DNA from: Zootoca vivipara | Lineage: Eukaryota | Reading direction: 5' to 3' | Assembly (NCBI RefSeq): GCF_963506605.1 | Contig: NC_083286.1 | Location: forward strand, 35,588,001-35,652,000 | Length of the DNA: 64,000 nt | In this document: piece after piece, positions 13,474-25,136 of the stretch | Position numbering within the stretch: the first letter of the stretch is position 1 | How the letters are laid out: each line of letters starts with the position of its first letter | Translations under genes and position numbers: made by a program | The notes under the pieces: model-generated | Told to the model about the DNA's origin: nothing | Seen by the model: the letters and a program-made list of their open reading frames with translations, nothing else | Databases searched by the model: none

Positions 13474-13798
13474 GTTGTGGTCTAAACCACTGAACCTCTT
13501 GGGCTTGCCAATCAGAAGGTCGGCAGTTCCAATCTGCGTGATGGGGTGAGCTCCAATTGCTCTGTCCCAGCTTCTGACAACCTAGCAGTTCAAAAGCATA
13601 CCAGTGCAAGTAGATAAATAGGTACCGCTGCAGCGGGAAGGTAAACAGTGCTTCCATGTGCTCTGGCTTCCATCAAGGTTTTCCATTGCGCCAGAAGTGG
13701 TTTAGTCTGTGGACAAACGCCTGAAAGCAAGATGAGCACCACAATCCCATAGTCGCCTTTGACTGGACTTAACCATCCAGGGATCCTTTACCTTTACC
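13474..13798 (+). mobile_element. Sauria SINE
   Basis: tRNA-like head, core AACCTAGCAGTTC...GCAAGTAGATAAATAGGTACC, (ACCTTT)n tail. Confidence 0.85.
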
Positions 13799-14871
13799 AT
13801 TTTTTAATTAGTCACTTATCACTCGAAGGTCTTCAAGCAGCTTACATTAAAGCAAAATATGTGCACATCCATACTACCACAGGATGAGGAAAGAGAGGGG
13901 AATCATATACCGGTAATACAGTAATCTTTCATATAATATACAGGTTATAGAATAACAATACAATAGCCACATAAACAGCAGCAAACAACATTAGCAGTAC
14001 TCAAACAATAAGCAAAGCAATACTCCCATCCACTAATGAGCAGATAAATCAAACCTCAACACTCTCCCTAGTCCAAAAACCATTCACATCAAACCAATGG
14101 TTCCCCCTTTAATCTCCCCACCGCACCTAGAAGTTTGCTATCAGGCCAGCTGCTGCAAATCCGCAGTGGGTGGGTGAAACTTCCTCCAGAGGTGGTCCAG
14201 CATTTCTCCCTTCTCTTCAAGGTGGGGGAAGTAGCAGCAAAGCAAAGCAGGGAGATGTTGTTACCAGCCATGATGGCTTTGCTCTGCCTCCACAGATAGA
14301 GGCAGAAATGCTTCTAAACCCAGTTGCTGAAAACAATAGGAGGGGAGAGTGCTTTGTTCTTGAATCTTGCTTATGAGTTTCCCACACACTTCTGGGTGGC
14401 CACTGTAAGAACAGGGTGCTAGGCTAGATGGCCATTCCTGATCTAGCAGACCCTTCTTATGTTCTTGTTGGATGGTAGTGCTATTTTTCTAGAAAAAGAG
14501 GTGCCGGGACTCCCCATGAACATCCCCTTGTTTTCTTCTAATGGCAATGGCATCCACCTGAGAGGTGCCGCAACTGATGTCCGGTGAGTTCCAGCTGAAA
14601 AAAAAAGCCCTGGATAGCACCCATTGTGCTTATTCTTCTATTAGGAAGACAAGCTTCGGGATTTTTTTCCAAATATATGTGAATTAAATTAGATATTTAG
14701 GTTTTGATTTAAAAGGAATTCCATTCCATCCCCAAATCAGTTAGAGTGCATCTAAATCATTTTTTGTTTTTGTATGTCCCGTCTCTGAAATTTGTGTGAT
14801 TTTGTTGTGCAGTGAAATTTGTATTGTTTTATCGTTTTTATGCTCATTTGACATTCTTTAAGCCACTAATG

Positions 14872-15008
14872 CAGGCATAGGCAAACTCTGTCCTCCAGAT
14901 GTTTTGGGACTACAACTCCCATCATCCCTGACCACTGGTCCTGTTAGCTAGGAATGATGGGAGTTGTAGTCCCCAAAACATCTGGAGGGCCGAGTTTGCC
15001 TATGCCTG
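14872..15008. mobile_element. Palindromic hAT-type MITE
   Basis: TIR CAGGCATAGGCAAACTC, 8-bp TSD CACTAATG; family members at 34919-35054 and 63299-63434. Confidence 0.85.
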
Positions 15009-15505
15009 CACTAATGCAAAATGTACCTTCTTTAAAGAGGCATAAGCTTTCTAGCAACTCCTTGGGAGTGCTTTCAACTGACCTGTGCTCTCTTGACTCT
15101 TGATAGCTTTTAACGTATAGGACACCAGTATTTGCAGCACACTCTCTTCTGTTCTGTTATAGAATAGGATCAGAAAAGGGACATACTGAGAAGGAAATAA
15201 CTGATTTGTAGTAGAGAGACCTCCAAAGTAATAGAGTGTTTCAGCATAAAATAAAAAAGTAAGGAAGGGGTTTCAACATTAATTGTATTAGCACAGACCC
15301 CTCCTGGGATCTTACAGTGAGAGGGCAGGGATCACAAATCAACAACAAAATTAACAACAACATTCCTAATAATCCAGATTGGAAAATACAAATCTGTAAT
15401 TTAGTAGTCTAAACTTGTATTCTGATGAAGAGAGTAATACTGAATGTTATGCTGGTGTTGACATAATTAATTATACATTGCTTCTCCTTTCAAATTCATC
15501 CTTAG

Positions 15506-16563
15506 ATGCGGCTAGGAGCCTCTTGCCAATTTTCATCAGCCCTTCTACACATGAGAATGAGTTGGACATCCACAATCAACACACAGAGTCCATTCACCTC
15601 TCAGAGGACATTGAAACATTCATAACTAGTCCATGGGTAACTCGGTTTGTTCCTTCAGTCCACATTATTGTTGTTATGTTCAGTCTTCCTTTAAACATTA
15701 TTGCAATCCTTGTGTTTGTGGTCAAATTAAGGCTTAAAAAGTCAGCTACAGTGTACATGCTCAACCTGGCTTTTGCCGATGTCCTCTTCGTTTGTGTGCT
15801 TCCTTTTAAGATCATCTACCACTTTTCTGGAAACAACTGGACATTTGGACCAGAAATGTGTCGTTTGGCCACATCTGCCTTTCACTGCAACATGTACTGC
15901 TCCATCCTGCTGATGGTGGCGATAAGCATTGACCGTTTCCTGGTCGTGGTGTACCCAATGCAGTCTCTGTCATGGCGCACACCAAGACGGACCACTTTGA
16001 TCTGCTTTGCCATCTGGATTATAGCCATAGCTGGAGTGATTCCTCTGCTTCTCAATGAGCAAACAGAAAGATTCCCTCGCTTAAACATTACCACCTGTCT
16101 GGACTCACTAGCTTTCTCTACAATGAAGACATTTTATCGTTACTTTTCTGCAGTGTCTATTTTGTTCTTTTATATACCATTACTAATTTCTGGTACCGGT
16201 TATGTGTGCATTATAAAGAGGCTTTCTTCACCCCATGTTGCTACAAAGCCAGGTAAAAAGAAGCGTGCCATTCTCCTGTGTGTAGCTGTCTTGTCCTCTT
16301 TTATTATTTGTTTTGGTCCAACAAATGTCGTGTTTATGCTGCAAGTCTTCAGCCTTTTGCCTGAACAGCAGGTTGCGAATCTCTTGTTTGCATGCATGCT
16401 TGCCACTTGTATCACTACCATAAGCTGTTGCATTGACCCCTTGATTTATTATTATGCCTCTTCAGAGTATCAAAGGCAGGTCTGGCGCCTCCTGTGCAAT
16501 AGAAAGCATTCTGATCTGGAAAGGAGCATTCGGTTTACAAGCAGTAATATAGAAACCTCATGA
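15506..16563 (+). CDS. PAR1-like paralog B, exon 2 (7TM GPCR; spliced product about 376 aa)
   Basis: Open frame with PAR1-type NLAFADVLF, FSGNNW, CNMYCS, DRF, CCIDPLIYY; likely acceptor cttAG at 15504-15505 keeps phase 1. Confidence 0.88.
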
Positions 16564-16590
16564 ATATAGCTTTTAATCATTTGCCCAGAG

Positions 16591-17473
16591 CAGGGGTCGG
16601 CAAACTACAGCCCAGGGGCTGGATGTGGCTCCCACCAGGCTTGCAAATCCGGCCCACGGACCCTGCCGCCCGCTCAGTCAGTCCCCGCGCACTGCGGAAG
16701 CCTCGCCATGCAGGGATTGACTTCCATGACACTGGCACAGCTTCTGGGTGGGCAGTGGCGCTGGTGTGGCTTCAGATTGCCTGCAGGAAGCTCCTGCAGT
16801 CAATCTGAAGCCACGATGTTTGGATTTGCACACAGGGGAGGCACCAGAGCAGAGCAGAGGCAGCGCTGCGGCCCCAGCACCCATGGTGACGGTGTGCGCT
16901 TGGCAAGAGCCCCTGGCTTCCCCTCGGCCTCTCCTCTGATGCCTCTTCCTCCTCCTCTGCCATTGCTGCTGCTGCTTCTCCTCCTCCCCGATGCTGTGGC
17001 AGCTGCGGCCCCTTTCTGGGTGTGTGGGATATGAGGAAGAAAGAGGCACCACTGCCATTGCAGGTAACCAGGCTTGGGCCCCGCGGCGAAGCAGAGTGTG
17101 TAAAGCAGAGGGGATTATCATTGCAAGAAGATTTGTGTGGCGCTTGCACAGGGCCAGAGATTACACACACACACAGAGACCTTGCCACAATATTGTTGTG
17201 ACCGTTGCATGGTGCGCACTTACCCAGAGTTGTTGCGGTCTGGTGGGATGTGATGTCAACTTAACTTTTACGCAGAGGGCAGGCCTGCTGGAATGAATGG
17301 ACCCAGGTTAGGCATGGCCACTCGTGTCAACAGGTGTACTCTTGAGTTAAAAACAGGGCAGCGACGTCCGCGTAAATATGCATTTTTTAAAAAACTACCG
17401 GTATAGTCTGCCCCCCCACAGTGTTTGAGGGACAGTGAACCGGCCCCCTGTTTAAAAAGTTTGAGGACCCCTT
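16591..17473. mobile_element. Non-autonomous hAT (Charlie-like) element
   Basis: TIRs CAGGGGTCGGCAAACT / AGTTTGAGGACCCCT; near-perfect 8-bp TSD GCCCAGAG/GTCCAGAG. Confidence 0.75.
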
Positions 17474-17682
17474 GTCCAGAGCATAGCATTTGATCTTATT
17501 AAAATTATTAATTGCCTTTTGTAGAAATCACAAGGTGGTTTGCAACCACACAGTTATATCTGATGTAATGTACTCATTCATAAAAATGGCTTTTGCATGT
17601 CACAGAGGTGGATACTGGTTCACAGCTGCCTTTGATGTCCATGTATTTATTTCTATAGGATAGTACCTAGAGCATTTAAACA

Positions 17683-18217
17683 TGTCTGGGGCTGATCTGC
17701 ATTGGATGCCACAGACAAGTCTGACTCTGAGGCTGAAGGGATGCAGGCACAGACAGAGCACCCTCTGACAAAGGAGGAAGGGGAGGATTGCCGCCCCCCC
17801 CCCTTTACACGTTCCCAGAATCAGAGAGACCAGCAGATTCAGAAGCTGCTCAGTCGGGGAAAGAGCTGCACAGTTCTGAGATAGTAGCTAGGCAACCAGT
17901 AGGGAGGGAGCCTTTAGGACGTTCTTCCATAGAGAGTGCTGGGGAAGTCCCTCCCTCCCCTAAAACTCGATGGACTGAAAGGGTCCAGGAACGACGGAAG
18001 CACAGGGGAGGGACAGGTGGCCGGTGGCGTGCTTCTTGCTGCAGAAGGGGAAAGGATCTTAGGGTGAGCAACTGCCATCCGTGAAGGGGGACGGTTTGAT
18101 GCTTGTTGTATGTTGTTGTAAATAAAATGGACTACAAACCTGCCAAAGGCTCGTTATTTCTCATCAGAAGCTACTGGAGAGAGGGGGAAACTCCCTTTCC
18201 TGCCAGCATACCTGACA
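17683..18217 (+). mobile_element. Solo-LTR-like element (Gypsy-type ends)
   Basis: TGTCTGG...CCTGACA ends, near 5-bp TSD AAACA/AAATA, AATAAA at 18121. Confidence 0.6.
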
Positions 18218-18743
18218 AAATACTTCTCACTTAATCACTGCCTATGGCGTTGAATAACTATTCTTATGAAATGGGGGCAAGACATTATTCCTCTCTGAAA
18301 ATGACATATTGAGAGAAACGGGAGTATTATTAGTAAGGCACCTGGTTTGAACAGTAGAAGACCCGATGGTAAGTTTACCGAGGGAATTGGAGAAGATTTA
18401 TGAATTTGGTCAAGTAGCAGGATTTCAGCTGAATAAGAGTGAAATGAAAATGCTGGTGAAAAATATGACAGAGCATCATCAAAAACAGTCTACAAAATAT
18501 TACAGAGTTGACAATGGACAACATTACAAAATACAAATATTTTAGATTTGGAGGGTCACAATGACAGATTTGGTTGGCATGCATATCTATGGTATGAAAA
18601 AGAGGATTCCTGAACCATCTAGTAAGAAAGTCACTACATGTGGTATGGGAGAAATATAAGAATTTGTTAGAGCAGAAAACACCATAGTGGTTCTCCCCAT
18701 TAGAAGCTATTTTTTGTTGGGGGGGGATTGAATATGAGAAAGG

Positions 18744-19180
18744 GCAGAACCCTGAGGCACCCCACAAGTGAAAGCCCAGGGGTCTGAACACTCATCCCCC
18801 AACACCACTTTCTGAACATGGCCCAGGAGGAAGGAGCAAAACCACTGTATAACAGTACTCCCAGCTCCTCTAGACGGTCCAGAAAGATGTTATGGTCAAT
18901 GGTATCAAAGGCTGCTGAGAGATCCACCAGAACTAGGGAACAGCTCTCACCTTTGTCCCTAGCGCGCCGGAGATCATCGACCAGTGCGACCAAGACAGTT
19001 TCAGTCCCATGATGAGGCCTGAATCTCAACTGGAAGGGATCCAAATGGTCCGCATTTTCCAGGCGTGCCTGGAGTTGTTCAGCAACCACCCACTCAATCA
19101 CCTTCCCCAAGAATGGAAGTTTTGAGACTGGCCAAGTCTAAAGATGTTTTTTAAGAAGCGGTTTTATAACTGCTTCTTAG
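18744..19180 (-). mobile_element. L2-clade LINE RT fragment
   Basis: ORF 18700-19110: DPFQLRFRPHHGTET...DLSAAFDTIDH. Confidence 0.85.
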
Positions 19181-20055
19181 TAGAAGAAGAACATCAGCCT
19201 TCCTATTTCTACTCTTCTCTCAATTACTAAACACCATTTAGTAACTTTAAATGCTTTACTTACAAAACTCCAGAGGTCAGATTCATGTGTTTTTCCACGC
19301 AACAGCAAGAAAAACACAGGTAGAAATCTTGGGATACAAAATATAGTGAAATAGCTCTAATGTCAGGAGCTGCCTGGGACTGATGGGATCAGCTACCTCC
19401 CGTTCCAATGAGAAACTGCTCTCCCTCCCTTGTGCCATGAGTGACTGTGATTCCTGAGAAAGCTGGCTTCCCTCCAGCCCGCCTCCCCTCCCCTGAGTTG
19501 ATAAGCTGCATTCCTGCCAGCTTCAGAGGGGGGGGGAGAGTTGTCAGTCCACTGGTTCCAGCTGTCTGAGAAGTCTGCAAGTCTCTCTGTTCTTCTGCCT
19601 GCCTGCCTTCTATCTCAAGGCCGTACTTCTTGGCTTTGGGCTGGAGTGTTCATGACATCTAAGCATATGGTCTGAGCTTGTAGCAAGCGATCCTATTGCA
19701 GTGAGTTCACATGGTGAAAGAGAACAAATAAGGAGGAAGCTTAACTTCCTCCCGGGTGAGGGGCATAACCTGAGTCTAGGAATGGGTTTCTGTAGTCTTA
19801 ACCCCTTCATGCATTAACAAACTCCATGCTTGCTAGTTATATTTGACTGCAATTCCCAACAAATGTCACCTCCAAATGTCACTTCTCCACAAATGTGAAG
19901 GAGTGGGCTATGTCTACTTTCCTCTTTCTGAAAGAACATCAACTACTATAGCCCACTATGTAGCCTCTGGCCGCATCCACCACTACACCAGAGAAAAAGA
20001 GTGTGTGTGACCTGTGGCTTGAAAAGGGTCCCCTATCCCTGGTTTCAGCTAACAC

Positions 20056-20192
20056 CATGGGCATAGCCAGAGGGGGGACAGCTCAAGTAAATAAATAAAG
20101 ATACTTAACTAACTGACCCATTGTGTCACAGATAGCATGGTTCTAACAAACCTCCTTTCCCCCCACCAGCAAAAATCCTGGCTACGCCCATG
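20056..20192. mobile_element. Short hAT-type MITE
   Basis: TIRs CATGGGCATAGCCAG / CTGGCTACGCCCATG, TSD GCTAACAC/GCTAACAT; absent from the paralogous site near 28725. Confidence 0.7.
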
Positions 20193-20700
20193 GCTAACAT
20201 TCATTCAGGTCTAAAATGGATTAATAGTAAAGCACTTTATCCACTGAGAAAATATATAAGAAAATGAAAAATTATCTGTTAATGTTATTTAGGAGTCCTA
20301 AATCTTCTTTCTTTGCTGAAAATGGATAAATGGAAAACCACAACAATTGCTTCTATATCAATTACTTGCCTCATAATGGGATTCCCAGAAATTATTTGCT
20401 TTTAGGAAGCATCTTTTAGAAAAGTAAAGGGAACAGAAGAGTTGCCTGAGAGTTTTCAAATAGCGCTTTGGGAATTGGGCTGAAGAGAGAGGTTTAAAAA
20501 CCTCTGCTGCTTCTAGAATGAAGCGATGTGATGACAAATGGGGTTGACTCTCACTTCTGTTGATGTATGGTAACATTCAAGCCCAAACTGGACATGGAGA
20601 TGGCAGCTAGATTTAGATCTCAGTGAAGTTTCTGTATTCTGAGGCAAAATAAGCTGATTTTCAGGGAAATCCTTGCAATTTCGTCTAGGCAGAACCAAAG

Positions 20701-20800
20701 ATGAGGTGCACCTCTGAGGGAGAAATAGGCGCTTTCCTCAAGATCTTCTTTTCTCTGTTCAGTATAGTCTCCACCGTATTTAGCACGGCAAGTGCAAACA
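20701..20800 (+). CDS. PAR1-like paralog C, exon 1 (MRCTSEGEIGAFLKIFFSLFSIVSTVFSTASAN)
   Basis: ATG, hydrophobic core, A-S-A signal cleavage motif, phase-1 donor GTGAGT at 20801. Confidence 0.8.
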
Positions 20801-21582
20801 GTGAGTACAACCCAACATCCTTTCTCCACAATTTAATATTTAAAGCAATGTGTTTATATTGTGCAATTGTTTCAGGGAACATTCACTTTCTCTTACTTTT
20901 CCAAATGATTGTGATATGGAGGAAGAACCAAGTTGAAGGGTTTTAAAAGAGGAGGGAGAATATCACTGTAACATGGGGAGAAATCTGCTTTGCAGTGGTT
21001 ATATCCAAATATTTTTAATATTCAGTTTATCAGACACTTGCACATAAAAAGTTTCCAAGTGAAATAAATCATAAAATATAATGATTGGTTTCACTGAACT
21101 GAATTCCAGTTCGTACCTTAGCTTAATCGGGGCTTCTGTTTTCAATTTGAATGGAATCTGGTTTGAGGGAATGCACATTGAATGAGAGTATTTCTCATGA
21201 AGCAATGGGACACAGATGGATTGTAGCTAACATCCTGTGTACCTGGCTTCAAACACTGATGGTGAAAGCACACTGGAGCAGGAATAAACAGCAATGTGTA
21301 CACAGCCTAAGAGCAGGAAAAGCCTAGTCAGAAGTCTAAGTCAGGGGATGCATGGCCCTCCATATGCTGTTCGGCTGTAAAGCATTAAAGGGTGATCCCC
21401 TATCCTCCAGATTACAGCAGTATCTGGATGGCCAAAGGTTCCTCAACCTTTGTTTAAAGGTTATTATCTCACATTTTCATGTAAATCCATACACTGAAGT
21501 TTATCATTTGGAATAGGGAAAGCCAGGGAGAAGGGATAGCAATGGAATTTTTGTCAACATCAGTACAGTAATTTTTAAAATA

Positions 21583-23917
21583 CAGTGGTACCTCTGGTTA
21601 CAAACTTTATTCGTTCCAGAGGTCCATTCTTAACCTGAAACCATTCTATTATTATTATTATTATTAAATATTTCATTGAGTTGCAAAAATATGTGCAACG
21701 TCTCTTGTAACATCTTTACAAATCAGTTTCATTTGTTGTGACATTGGGAAGAAAAGGGGGAAAGAGGTAGATGGGGGAGGGTGGGTGGAGGTGGGGTTGG
21801 GTGATGATGTTTCTATTTTGCTTAATATGTATGGGTTTTTTTGTCAGTGTCACTTGTGTAGGTTCTCTGCTGTTCGCTTGCGTTCCTTTGGTGGTGAGAG
21901 ATGTTGGGGTTGGCCTAGGATATGGTTGTTCATTTGGGGTTGGCTGTGGTGGTCTTTGTTTCGTGTGTGAGTGGGGTGGGTAGGTGTTTTGGGTCAGGTT
22001 AGCCATATTGATTCGTATGCTGTTGGTGGATTTTTGTTGTTGTCTTGTTGGGCTGTGTATGTGATAAAGGGGAACCATACTGGGGTGAAGCCGTCTTCTT
22101 CTATTTGTCCCCGTGTCAGTTTCAGCTAATTGGTTAATTTTTCTAGTAAGGCTGTTTCCCTTACTATTTGGTACCATTGGTCCATGTTTACTCCTGACAG
22201 GTCTCTCCAGTGTCTGGTTATGGTGTTTCTGGTTGCTGAGAGTAAGTGGGTTATGAGTTCTTTGTGATGTAGGTGGGCCTTATTGTCTTGGAAGATGTTT
22301 AGCAAGGCCAGTTCTGGGGTGATTTCTAATACTTGTTTGGTTATTTTACATATATCTCGTATGGTTGTTGTCCAGAATAGTTGGATTTTGGAGCACTCCC
22401 ACCACATGTGGAAATATGTGCCTGTTGAGGTGCACCCTCTCCAGCATTTTGGTGAGGTTCCTGGGCGTATTAGCACTAGTTTTCTTGGTGTTAGGTACCA
22501 CCTGTAGGTGAGTTTCAGAGTGAGTTCTTTCCTTTTTGTTGATATAGATTTAAAGGGGGGTTTAGACCACATTTTGGTCCACTGAGTGGGGCTAATCTCG
22601 TAGCGTATGTCATCTTCCCATTGTCTTTTGACTGTGTCTAGGGGATTTGTGGAATTTTGGAGTAGTATTTTATATATTGCAGATACCATCCCTTTGCCGT
22701 GTCCCTTTGTCGTTAGGAGGTTTTCAAAGGTTGTCAGAGGCCTAGTTGCTGCTGATTTTACCGCTGGGTTGCTTAGGAGGGCGTGTAGTTGGTGTTGTGC
22801 TAACCAAGGTATTTGGGTGTCTTCTAGTTTATCCAGTATTTCTTGTGTTGACAAAGCTTTGTTATTTTTATAAAGGTCTATTAGGCGATATAAGCCTTTG
22901 GCTTGCCAGGTTTTTATCTGGAGGTTTTGTGCTGCATGGTGGAATAATGGGTGGTAAGCCAGGGGGGTTAGTGGGGATGGGGTTGGGGATAGTTTGCCCA
23001 TTTCTGTTTTCCATGCTTTGAACATGGTTTGTGTGTACCTATTAAGTGTTGTGGGGATTTTCTTTTGTTTGGGAGGAATGGGTATGCTGTGGTGCAGATA
23101 TTTTCAATTGAGTCCCTCTGTAGGTTTATCCATTGTTTTGTCTCATCTTCCAGTATGTATGGGATTATATGTCGTATTTGATTGGCTCTGTAATACATTT
23201 CTATGTTGGGGATTCCCCATCCTCCTTGTGAGGTGGGGCTATGCAGATATTTGGTGCTTATTCTTGGTTTTTTATGTGAGAAGATGAAAGAGTGTAGTTT
23301 TCTCTGCCATCTGCGAAGTTGGGTTGGGAGAATCCAGATTGGGAGGGTTTGGAATAGGTAGGTTAGTTTTGGGAGGGTGGTCGTTTTGATCATGGCCATT
23401 TTGTCTGAGAGAGTGAAATTCATATTGTTCCATCTCTTTAGGTCTTTGTTTATTTGTCGCCATAGGGTATAATTTGTTGAGGTTTTTGGTTATTTGTAAC
23501 CCTAGGTATCTGAACTTGGTGTGACAGAGTTTTATCTTGGTGATATTAGTGGGTTCTTTCTGGGTGTGAGGAGAGGTGTTGAAGCACATGGCTTCTGATT
23601 TTGTAAAGTTTACTTGTAGGCCTGACACTGTTGCAAATGTGTTGAGTTCTCTGATTAGGGAGGTTGCTGTGTTTAAGGGGTCTGGTGTTGTGACCATTAA
23701 GTCATCTGCAAAGAGTCCTAATTTGTATGTTCTCCCTTTTTTTATTTCTACCTGAAACCATTCTTAACCTGAGGTACCACTTTAGATAATGGGGCTTCCC
23801 ACTGCTGCTGCCGCACGATTTCTATTCTCATCCTGGGGCAAAGTTCTTAACCCGAGGTACTACATCTGGGTTAGCGGAGTCTGTAAGCCGAAGTGTTTGT
23901 AACCCAAGGTACCACTG
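21583..23917. mobile_element. Tigger/pogo-type MITE interrupted by an L1
   Basis: TA-flanked TIR CAGTGGTACC; uninterrupted relative at 59270-59509. Confidence 0.85.
21648..23749 (-). mobile_element. 5'-truncated L1-clade LINE (ORF2 RT C-terminus and zinc knuckle, frameshifted)
   Basis: FADD near 23701-23712, SGLQVNFTKS, GGWGIPN, CWRGC...HMWWEC; (TAA)n tail; 15-bp TSD ACCTGAAACCATTCT (21633-21647, 23750-23764). Confidence 0.9.
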
Positions 23918-24048
23918 TACCCTATTAAGTATAGCCAAATCTATAACTTCATTTGAATTAATATTCTCATGAGTAAACCAAAGTTGTTGTATTGACTTCT
24001 GTAACATTGTTAATATGGCCATTTATATATCTGATCTACATATTGCAG

Positions 24049-25136
24049 ATTCCACATTTCCCCTTATTGCTGCTGGTTTCCCTATATATTATACTCATGA
24101 GGAAAACAACTCCAATCAATCCACAAAGCGTGCATTTATCACAGAAGATGGTGAAAAATACTTGACTTGTCCATGGCTGACACGCTTTGTTCCTTCAGTC
24201 CACACTGCTGTGGTTATTTTGAGCCTTCCTTTAAACATTATGGCAATTCTCATGTTTGTGGTCAAATTAAGGCTTAAGAAGCCAGCAGTGGTGTACATGC
24301 TCAACCTGGCTTCTGCAGATGTCCTCTTTGTGAGTGTGCTTCCTTTTAAAATCGCCTACAACTTTTCTGGAAACAACTGGATGTTTGGGCCTGAGATGTG
24401 TCGATTTGTCACTGCTGCCTTCTACTGCAACATGTACTGCTCCGTCCTGCTGATGATGGTGATAAGCATTGACCGTTTCCTGGCCGTGGTGTACCCAATC
24501 CAGTCCCTGTCCTGGCGCACAGCAAGACGGGCCTCGATGGTCTGCTTTCTCATCTGGCTTCTGGCTATAGCTGGGGTGATACCTCTGCTTGTCAATGAGC
24601 AAACAAAGAGATTATCCCGGTTAAATATTACAACCTGTCGTGATGCAGTAGATATCTCTGCTTTTATGGATATATTTCGGCATTACTTTTCTGCATTATC
24701 TATTTTGTTCTTTTTTATACCGTTATTAATCTCCACCACCTGTTATGTGTGCATTATAAGGAAACTTTCTTCGTCCAATGTTGCTGCAGAGCCTAGTAAA
24801 AGGAGACGTGCCGTTCTCCTGTCTGTAGCTGTCTTGTCTTCTTTTATTATTTGTTTTGGTCCTACAAATGTCCTATTACTAGTGCACAGCTTGTACTTCT
24901 TACCTGATCAACCCCTTGAAAGTCTGTATTTTTCCTACATCTTAGCGGTCTGCATTGGTACCATAAACTGCTGCATTGATCCCTTAATTTATTATTATGC
25001 CTCTTCAAAGTGTCAAAAGCAGGTGTGGGATCTCCTGTGCTATAAAAAGCAGTCTGGTCTCGAACAAAGCAGTCAGACAACAAGCAGTAATGCCACAAAT
25101 CATTTTAGTGGCCTGAAAAATTTGTCTCAAGCATAG
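24049..25136 (+). CDS. PAR1-like paralog C, exon 2 (spliced product about 395 aa)
   Basis: Acceptor ttgcAG at 24047-24048, phase 1; intact PAR1-type 7TM. Confidence 0.9.
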
